Below are positions 54,146 through 64,000 of a stretch of 64,000 nucleotides of DNA, piece by piece. The stretch lies in contig NC_042998.1 of NCBI RefSeq assembly GCF_006345805.1, positions 145,700,001 to 145,764,000 on the forward strand, written 5' to 3'. Position numbers and translations under genes: made by a program. The DNA is from Octopus sinensis. Taxonomy: Eukaryota. The stretch's first letter is position 1, and each line of letters begins with the position of its first letter. The notes beneath the pieces are model-generated. The model saw nothing but the letters and a program-made list of their open reading frames with translations, was not told the origin of the DNA and did no database searches.

Positions 54146-54768
54146 ATGACACTTTCTACTCTGGGCACAAGGCCTGAAATTTGAGAGGAGGAAGTTAGTC
54201 GATTATATTGACCCAATATTCAACTGGTACTTGTTTTAGCAACCTCGAACGGATGAAAAGCAAATTGACCTCAGTAGAATTTGAACTTAGAATATAAGGG
54301 CGGACTAAACCGCGAAGCATTTTGTCCGACACGTTCGCGATTCCGCTAGTTCACTGCCTTATCCTAAATTAAATAAGTAGCAATGATATAAACTATTCCA
54401 ATATGTAAAAATACACTTAACGTACACAACATAATAATAACCTTAAAAACATATTTAACCTTGCCATGAAAATAGTGTTATTGGGGTTACATCCCCCAAA
54501 CGATTTGCTATGCCATGAAATGCAACTACGAGCTTAATGGCGAATTCTTTAGTCATAATACGGCCGTTACAAGATTTGCCGATGTTATCATAAAGCTAAT
54601 GTTAATAAATAGTCTCGCTACGAAAATGATATTATGTTTTCGGCAAGCCATTAGAAGTACTTGTTGAAAATTACACCGTTTTACACATCTCGTATACAAT
54701 TATCGCTTTCTCTCTCCCTCTCTCTCTCTATCTCTCTCTTTCTCTCTCTCTCCTCTCTCCTCTCTCCC

Positions 54769-54825
<57 letters not shown>

Positions 54826-55125
54826 TTAACTATCTCTCTTTCTTTCTATTTTCTCTATCACTTTCTCTCTGTCTCTCTCTGTATGTATATATACATACAT
54901 ACATACATACATATATAATTATATATATATATTGTCTTTTTATCTATATTTTTTCTGAGGTCTTCTTTATTTCTCTTTAGCCTTAGAAGTCTTAGTCCTT
55001 GTTTCACATAAACACTCGTTTTTAATTTATTTCTGTGTATTTATATTATCATTATTCATATATATATATATTTATATATATATATATATATCTATATATA
55101 TATATATATTATATATATATATATA

Positions 55126-55163
<38 letters not shown>

Positions 55164-58100
55164 TATATATCTATTATAAGTGGTGAGTATCTACGTGTTT
55201 GTGTAAACTAGTAAAAAGTTGCCAGTTTTCATTCCGTTTATTTTTGCTGAATGACATGAGTGCTTGGGTGCTTACTTGGCTGTTAACTCTGCTCACTCAG
55301 AAAGCTCTTTCGGGGAATCTATCATTTTTAATAATTACCAACAACAGTAAAAAGCAAAAGATTTTAAGCATCTGGGTTTATAGCACGTTATTTGGATTAT
55401 TAAGTATGTAGCCAATTCTATGGAGTGTATGAGTTATGGAAACTACGAGCAATACAAAACATGGAATATTGAGGTCTATAAATATAAAATAAAGAATATT
55501 GATTATATATCGGTGTGTGTGTGCGTGATGACCTCATAAGAATTGATTAACTTCTGAGAGAACAAGGAATAATTCTTTTGAAATTGGATCATAAAGCTAT
55601 AAGTAATAGCATATAAATATAAGGTTTAAAAATCCCTTTTGGCTAGAAGTCGAAGGAGATGTGGATTGGTGTCTCAGGAGCAACTGCATTACTATATCAC
55701 CTTGACCTCATCGGGTCCTGGATTTGGCAGTAGACAGCAATCATCTATGTTGGAATAGAAATTGTTGCCTTGCAGGAGGAATCTGGACTTCTAAAGTCAA
55801 TGCACCAGTATAATATCAACAAAATGAGAATATAGTATCTCACTAGCAACCACTTGAAGAAGAAGAAATGTTAAAATTCTGCATCAAATGTTGATTTTTT
55901 ATACTCTTAGTTGGAGGCGAACGTGTACAGAGGACTACAATGATGAAATTGAACAACTTTCATGGGGTTTTCTATGGCAATCTTGCTATAAGCGACCATC
56001 AAACTAGACTTTAAATAATTTAATACATCTCAAATCACAGCTGAAACCTCGTTGAGGTCGACCTTCCTTATCATCGCTTCAAATTCAATAGAAAATTTTC
56101 CAATACCCCATTAATATACTGGAGTCAATTTAGTTCCGTATGTCGTTACGTAGATGCAAAAATTGCTAATATACCTAGTGACACGAAATGACCTTTTATT
56201 CATCTTATATACGGTAAGACAGTATTATAACACTATTTCTGTTCTCAGTTTGTAACCATTTCATATCGCTTATGCCACTAATTGCTTGAAGGGAAACCTA
56301 GCTGTTACATCTCTCTTCTGAAAAAATATAACTTTCGTGCTTAGTGAAAAGAAACCAGTATGTATACATTTGGTAAAATCTAGAATTAGAGGAAATTGGT
56401 GTGGACCAACATCGGCAGCAATTAATACTTCAAGAAGAAATATAGTAGCTAAAATATATGCAGTTGCCTTTTCGTGAGACATCAATATGGTAAACTCCTT
56501 GCACAAGTATTCTCAAGTCAGTTTCAATTTTAGTTGTAGGCAAGTCCCGACAGTAATTCGCTGTTGGAAATGCATGAATGCTAACAACTCCCAGTTTGTT
56601 ACTGCTAAACCTCTCATTACATGTCTCTGTGTTATATAAATAAGTCAGACTTCACTGTGACCAACAATAAAAGATAAAATACTTAGAAATGTGGATATAA
56701 GGCATATCCTCATCTGTTACGATATGAAAACCTGTGTATGCTGAACACCTAAGAGAAAGAAAACAAAATTGTCTTAGTTACCAAGTTCGATTCTCGATTA
56801 ATATCATACAACTTGTGCCTTTACGCCTGGCGGGGGTGGGGAAGAACATCACAACTTCTCACTCTCTTTAGTAGCCGCAGGCATGGCTGTGTGGTTAAGA
56901 AGCTCGTTTTACAACCAGTGTGATTTCTGGTTCAGTCCTACTATACAGAACCTTAGGCAAGTGCCTTCTACTACAGCCGCGGGCTGACCAATGCCTTATG
57001 AGGGAATTTCGTAAATGGAAACAGAACAGTGTGGAAGCTCGTCGCACGCGTGTGTGTTTACGTTTTCTTAACTTAATGCTTCGACACAACAAACTGATAG
57101 AATAAGTACCAGAGTTTTAAAAAGTACTGAGGTCGATATGTTCAAGTAAAACCTTCACGGCAGTACCCAGCAAGGCTGCACTCCAGTGATTGAAGCAAGT
57201 AAAAAAACGGCCAAGTGAAATAACCGAAGGATTATTAATAATGTTCTGAAGTGCTCGATGCTTAGGATTCGTAAATATTTAAGAAATCCTCTCAAGCTAC
57301 TGGGTTACCATGTGGGAGGATGAATAAGGAATTGTTATTGTGAAAAAGATTTCTTTAATGAAGATATGTTTAATCTTATATCATCGCATTAGAACTGCGA
57401 TTACCTTAGAGGTAATGTCTTGGTGATATCATCCTAAAATCTGATTGAGATATGCAATTTAACCTTTTTATTTTAGTTATGTAACAGATGTCAATATTGT
57501 AGACATGTATGAATGCCATGTGATCAACATAGAGTCTTTTGGTTATCTCCCCTTTAAGTTTTGTGTCCATCTATGATGGAATGTATGCCTTGATTCGTAC
57601 AAGGAATTTGCAATGGGAATGAGCCATATGAACAGTAGAAATATGAATGGCTTGTAAAAGAAGAGTTTAGGTGGCGTGGTGGGAAGAAAACGTGGAGAAA
57701 AAGATGATGTGAAAGAAATGTTAAGAAGAATGTGTGGGAGAAAAAGGCATAAAAGTTAGGAGGTGTAATATAATTGTAACAAGAATAAGACAATAGGAAA
57801 AAAATAAAACAAAGACATTGGTGACGGGGAAAATAAAAGGAAAGAAGGAGGAAATGAGGTGATTAGTGAAGCGAAGAATGTAAACAATCCAAGAGAAGGA
57901 AATAAGAGTGTATGAAGTGTGGAAAAATTGTAAATGTGTGAGATAAAATGAAAATCGTAGAAGAGGAAGAAAAAAGAAAGAGGAAGCTTTAAAAAAACTG
58001 TTAAAACAACAGGGGAAGTAAATAAAATAAAGAAAAGAAAAAATAATGGAAAGAATGAAGTGAAATAAGGAAGCAAAGGTATAAGATTTTAGGAGTGAAA

Positions 58101-58919
58101 GACTAAATCTAAATTAAGAATAAAACCAAAATCTAAAGCTAGCTTAAAATCGGATGAGTGCTTTAAAAACTATCATAATAAAGAGAATAAAATACATACA
58201 AGACACTTCAGAGGAGGATGTAATGAAAAAAAATTATAAAAAAACTATAGAGAATGAAATGAAATCTTATGACAATCGAGAAACAAATACAAAGAGAGAA
58301 GATTCGTGTATGAATTAGATACTGGGGCGATAGAAATGGAAGACGTGGAGAATAAACGAATTTGTAAAACGAAAGACAAAAAGAAAATTCAGTATCGGAA
58401 AGGCAAAAGAAACAACGAACATTACGAAATAAAGTGTGGAGATAACAAAAACGAAAATCCTTAAATGGGAAACAAATAATAAAAGTGAAACATTTGCAAG
58501 TTGTTATGGTGTGTAACTTGAGATACAAAGTAATGAGCAGAAGAAAAAACGTTAATAGTGAACAAGGTCAATGGCAGCTATTGTTTCAGTTTGATTTCAA
58601 CTTAACGGCGGCGGAAAACAAGTAAGCAAGGTGTGGTTTAATATTGAGAAACAAAGATTCAACCGTTTAACACTTTATTGTGTGAAATTACACAAATAAT
58701 ACAACAAATACTAAAACAAACACCCATGGTTTCGTATATACGTATGTATTTAGGTGTGTTTGTGTATGTATATATATGTGTGTGTGTGAATATATATATG
58801 TGTGTGTGTGTGTGCATAGATATATATATATATATATATAATTATATATATATATATATATATTGTATATATATATATATATATATATGCATATATATAT
58901 ACATATACATATATATGCA

Positions 58920-58984
<65 letters not shown>

Positions 58985-58998
58985 TACTAATTATATAC

Positions 58999-59029
<31 letters not shown>

Positions 59030-59188
59030 TGAATAGTGCAAGCATGGTCTGATATAGAGCTGAATACTCTGAGTAGATTGGGTAAATCCAGACTTTTGCT
59101 CAGGTTTCCACAGTCGTGAAAAATCCAGCTACTGGAGGAAATTCAGAGCAGTCGGTTAATTTTGATATGATTAGTTTATATACATCTA

Positions 59189-59234
<46 letters not shown>

Positions 59235-59235
59235 G

Positions 59236-59267
<32 letters not shown>

Positions 59268-59316
59268 TGCTGTCTGTCTGTGTTTAGTGTATATGTACCG
59301 GTTGATGTGATGATGA

Positions 59317-59735
59317 ATGGATGATGATGACGATGATGATGGTGGTGGTGGCGGTGGCGCTGCTGGTGCTGCTGCTGGTGCTGCTGCTGGTGCTGCTGCT
59401 GGTGCTGCTGCTGGTGCTGCTGCTGGTGCTGCTGCTGGTGCTGCTGCTGGTGCTGCTGCTGGTGCTGCTCCTGGGCTGCTGCTGGTGATGCTTTGCTGTG
59501 CTGCTGCTGGTGCTGGTGATGATGATGATGATGAGGAGGAGGCATGAGGAGGAGGTGTTGAGGAGGGGGAGGAGGTTTTGAGGAGGAGGATGAGGTGTTG
59601 AGGAGGAGGAGGTGTTGAGGAGGAGGAGGTGTTGAGGAGGAGGAGGTGTGAGGAGGAGGAGGGGTGAAGAGGAGGAGGAGAAGAAGAAGAAAGAGAAAGA
59701 AGAAGAAGAAGAAGAAGAAGAAGAAGAAGAAGAAA
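59317..59735. repeat. Compound GC-rich repeat: (GAT)n, (GGT)n, 12-mer (GCTGCTGCTGGT)n, 15-mer (GAGGAGGAGGTGTT-like)n and (GAA)n
   Basis: Directly visible; yields low-complexity HQQQ and GAAA ORFs. Confidence 0.9.
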
Positions 59736-60026
59736 TATATATTTGGAAAGAACCGAATTCTGGGAAAATAAGTACGTTTAGACAATAATGAAAACACAAA
59801 TTCAAATTTGGTTTGTTACAATTAATTAAATCCTAACGTACGTAAGACATCTCGGAACGTATTTTGAAACAGTTTATTGAAAAAGAAGATCAGTTTTGTT
59901 CTGAAAGCTTAACCTGGCTGTTTTGCAGCAATACCTGCCAGTATATATAAAACGGTTTCATTACAAGGTCCTTTTTTACTGGAATTTAATTTTTTTCCTT
60001 GAAACAGATAAAATGTAATGCATATA

Positions 60027-60072
60027 AGTCGTACTATCAGTTGATATAACTATATCAACTGATAGTACGACT
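60027..60072. repeat. Perfect inverted repeat, 22-bp arms with 2-nt spacer
   Basis: agtcgtactatcagttgatata-ac-tatatcaactgatagtacgact. Confidence 0.95.
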
Positions 60073-63000
60073 ATAACTGATATCGTTCGTATTATAATCT
60101 TTATCTAGTTAGCTGTGAGATAAGTAACTAACAAACAAAGAGAAAATCTTTGAGAGTACTGAATGCTACAAAAAATCCCCCGTTCACTATTCTTGCTAAA
60201 CACTGCAACAATAAACACACGATGTGCACTGATCCAAACCATGCTGACAACTAAAAACAGCGGTAAAACATTCGCTACATAGAGACACCATTATCACCTG
60301 CCTAACATCAGTAGTGCCGCAATAATGGCTGTAGATTTTAAATTTTAGGACAAATATCTGGTTGACCGATTAACGCCAAATCCAGTCATTATATTCAAGC
60401 GTGAACTTATATTTAACCTAAGATCTTTATAGTATGGGCCGTGAGAACCACATATACCAATCATATTGCTTTGATGTAACACTAATTTGCATAGCACTAC
60501 TGGTGCATCTTCCACCATCATCCCCATCTCTAACTTTTTAATCGGTCTTTCTCTAAATATTATTCATTGATTCTTTTTGAATATGCTTTAAAACTAATTC
60601 TCTTATCTCTCTCCACTATTGTTTTCCTGTTTGTTTATTATTTGACAACTCTATCGTTTGACTGATATTATCAAAAGTCGCTAAACTATGTCTATGATTC
60701 TCTTTTAAATTTAATGGCTTACCTCGTTTGTTTGTATCACTTTTTTAGTGAGGTATTTATTTATTTATTTATTCTTTCTAGCCAGACATGTGAATTAAGT
60801 GTAAACATATCAATATAATGATAAAAATTAAACGATATCAAAAATATTGATAAATGTCCAATAGAGAAACCTTAATAAAAAAAATTCCTGCTGTGGTAAC
60901 TTTATAAGTTACCACAAGTAAGAAAGGGTTAGGGTTAGGGTCAAGTAAGAAAGGGTATACCTCACTATGAACTATAACCTGAATAATAAGTGTGCCGAGT
61001 GAATATTTTATAGTGACTAGTAGAGAATGATAATGCTGATGATGATGATGAGTAGAAGGAGGAGGAGAACGGTGGCAATCATATTTAAAAATCCAAAATT
61101 AATCGATTAATGATAAATATCGCCTTCGTCGTTGTCGTCATCATCATTGTCATCATCATCGTTGTCACTGACATTGTCTTCATCATCATCACCATCATTA
61201 TCATCATAATCATCATCGTCGTCATCGTCGTCATCATCACCACCATCATCATCAATTAATTTTGACTGTCAAATACAAAATCTATTAAATATGCTCTAAT
61301 ATTAAATACTCTATAGCAAGTAATAAGATACTAAGCTCCTGGAGTCACGGTTTCGATTCTCAAATTCATATAAGTTCCCTTTACATACTCTTTCTGTGTT
61401 CTTGGGTAAAGTGAGAATATGAAAAACCTTCACATGTCTTACTTCAACAAAAATATGAAACGTTTTTTGCTGATCCAAAAACAAAACCAGTTATTTCTCT
61501 CTAACCTGTTTATGAAGTCATGATATGAGGATCGCAGCAGTTACTCAAAGGCTAAATCTTCTCATATTCTCATAACTCTATTCATTTCCCAGGGCTGTGA
61601 CGACTGGGAACTGTAGCTTACATTGAACTAGAGATCACAATAGGAAAAAACAATCTATGTATCATCCACCTAATACTATAAATCCAGAGATATATGCTAG
61701 ATTTATGGGATTTATATTATAAATATACAGTCCAATATTTTATTGATCCTTGGGAAAGAGATTAAGGGTAAAAGTTGAAGCCATAAATTGGAACTTAATC
61801 TAGGATCCAGTTTTCACTTTAATGCTCGTGTCAACATTTCTGGCTTTCGTTTAGAATTTCAAATATAATTTTTTTTTGTACGTTAATACAAGCTCATAAA
61901 CTTGAAGAGGCACTTATAGTATTGAGTGCAGTAGGAAGGTTAACAAGACCTCAGAAGGATAGATATTAAAATACAAGGAAGGGGAAACTGAATACAGGAC
62001 GCATTCAAAATGGCGCTATATTGTTTCTGTCACCTCAGCCCCAATGTTAGAAATGTATGCTGGATGTATGTAAGGAGGAAGGATTCATGAATTTAGCTGT
62101 TGCTAATTCATGCAGATGACTCGGTCTGTCTTTGTACAACAATCCAAATTCATGTTATCGCAGTTCAAATAAAAGTCCTCTAAAACTTTATTGGGCAAAA
62201 TCTGGAACTGATATCGATCCAGAAGACACGTTATAACCGTTGGTATTTTGTTTTTTCTTTATCGTTATATATAACCAGCGCTTTATTCTCAGTCGACCTT
62301 AATGCTAACTAATGATGGTGGAATATAATAATAAAAATTTCAAATGAAGACTTGGATCTGAATGAATGCTATCATTTGGTCACGACACACTGCAGGAAAG
62401 AGGAGAAAAAATTTCTATTTTCGAAACTCTAAAGAAATAAGAATTTAAAATTTATAAAATCGTCCGCTTTGTGCGCCCTCTGGCAAGATTGGTTGATTGT
62501 TCATAATTGCGACGCAAAACCATAGAATTTAACTATGAAACAAACTGTCAATTCTTCGACGGATCTTTTTATTATATGTTTTTGTTGTTTTTGTCTTCTC
62601 TTTTTTTTCATATATTTTAATTTTTCAGTTTAAGATTTTATTATATTGTATTGTTTCATTTGTGTGTGTGTGTGGTGCATATGTGTGTGTGTGTGCATGT
62701 GTGTATGTATGTGTGTGCTCATGTGTGTATGTATGTGTGTGTGCATGTGTGTGTGTGTGCGTGTGTGTGCGTGTGTGTGTGCGTGTGTGTGTGCGTGTGT
62801 GTCTGCGTATAGTTTCATATTTGGACAGGCACACACACACACATATATATGTATATATGTACATACACACACATCTACATACATATGTATACATTGCTTT
62901 ATCATTTACGTCCCCTTTTCACTCTCCTTCCCTTTCTCTCTCGCCCTCACTCTCTCTCTTTCCCTTTCTCTCTCGCCCTCACTCTCTCTCTCTCTTTCTC

Positions 63001-63090
63001 TCTTTTCTCATCATCTTATCCTCTCTCTATATATTCCCCTTTCTATACATCTCGTTCTCTCTCTATTCCCTCCTTTCTATATATTCGTGT

Positions 63091-63171
<81 letters not shown>

Positions 63172-63212
63172 GATATATATAATATATATACGTATGTATG
63201 TATGTAGTAATG

Positions 63213-63334
<122 letters not shown>

Positions 63335-63831
63335 AATAGGATAAAGTTATATATATATATAACTTTATCCTGTTTTATCTCTCACCTTGCACATTATTTT
63401 CTACATCACTATCACTTTCCTCTAATTATCAATTCCTTATTACCTTTTCTTTATTTACTTATTTATGTTTTTCCTTCTGAAATTTTGTTTATCTCTCTTT
63501 GTATCTCTGTAAACAATTAGATTTTATTCTTTCCGGTGATGTGGGCTGATGTCTAAGAAGAATCAATTATGTCTCTATTGTGTTGGCATCTCGTATGTAT
63601 GTGCGTGTTTGTGTATGCGCGTGTGTATTAAGAATGTATATGCGTATGTATGTATGTACGTATGAATGTATGTAAGTATACATTCACGTGTTTATTTATG
63701 TGTGTGTATGTAGGTTTGTATGCCTGTATACATACACGTGTGTATGTATGCGTGTTTTAATGTATGTATGTGCGTGTCTACGCATACATACATTAATACA
63801 CACATGTATGTGTGTGTGAATATATTGTATG

Positions 63832-63873
<42 letters not shown>

Positions 63874-64000
63874 TAAATGCATTATATTATTACTATTTTC
63901 ATTGTTTCACTATAGCTATAAATTTGTACATATATATATGCGTATATGAATACACACACATATTTATACATACATATATACACGCGTACACATGGCATAT

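Noticed and set aside
57600-58520. Purine-rich stretch with minus-strand F/L/S-rich ORFs resembling membrane proteins
   Set aside because: Compositional bias (GA-rich strand) explains the hydrophobic translations; no recognisable motif.
59186-59797. 203-aa Q/H/P-rich ORF as a real gene
   Set aside because: Almost entirely simple repeats and ends in (TA)n/(GA)n; no supporting coding context.

Overview
AT-rich, repeat-saturated animal genomic DNA. A cephalopod such as octopus is my inference from the SINE, LINE and microsatellite landscape; I could not confirm it. No intact host protein-coding exon, rRNA, tRNA gene or CRISPR array is supportable, and nearly all track ORFs are microsatellite translations. 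The window contains decayed CR1-like, RTE and R4/Dong-like LINE fragments, a full-length degenerate mariner plus mariner MITEs, tandem non-autonomous Helitrons, a Penelope-like (GIY-YIG) remnant, dozens of tRNA-derived SINEs and one 100-N gap. The most notable feature is a near-identical 474-bp tandem unit at 39623-40851, arranged as two inverted arms within a (TA)n tract. Each unit carries a type I hammerhead ribozyme motif (CUGAUGA...GAAAC-palindrome-GUC), so it is a candidate retrozyme or circular-RNA-producing element. Two further decayed hammerhead-like motifs occur at about 26.5 kb and 32.3 kb. SINE and LINE-fragment boundaries are approximate.
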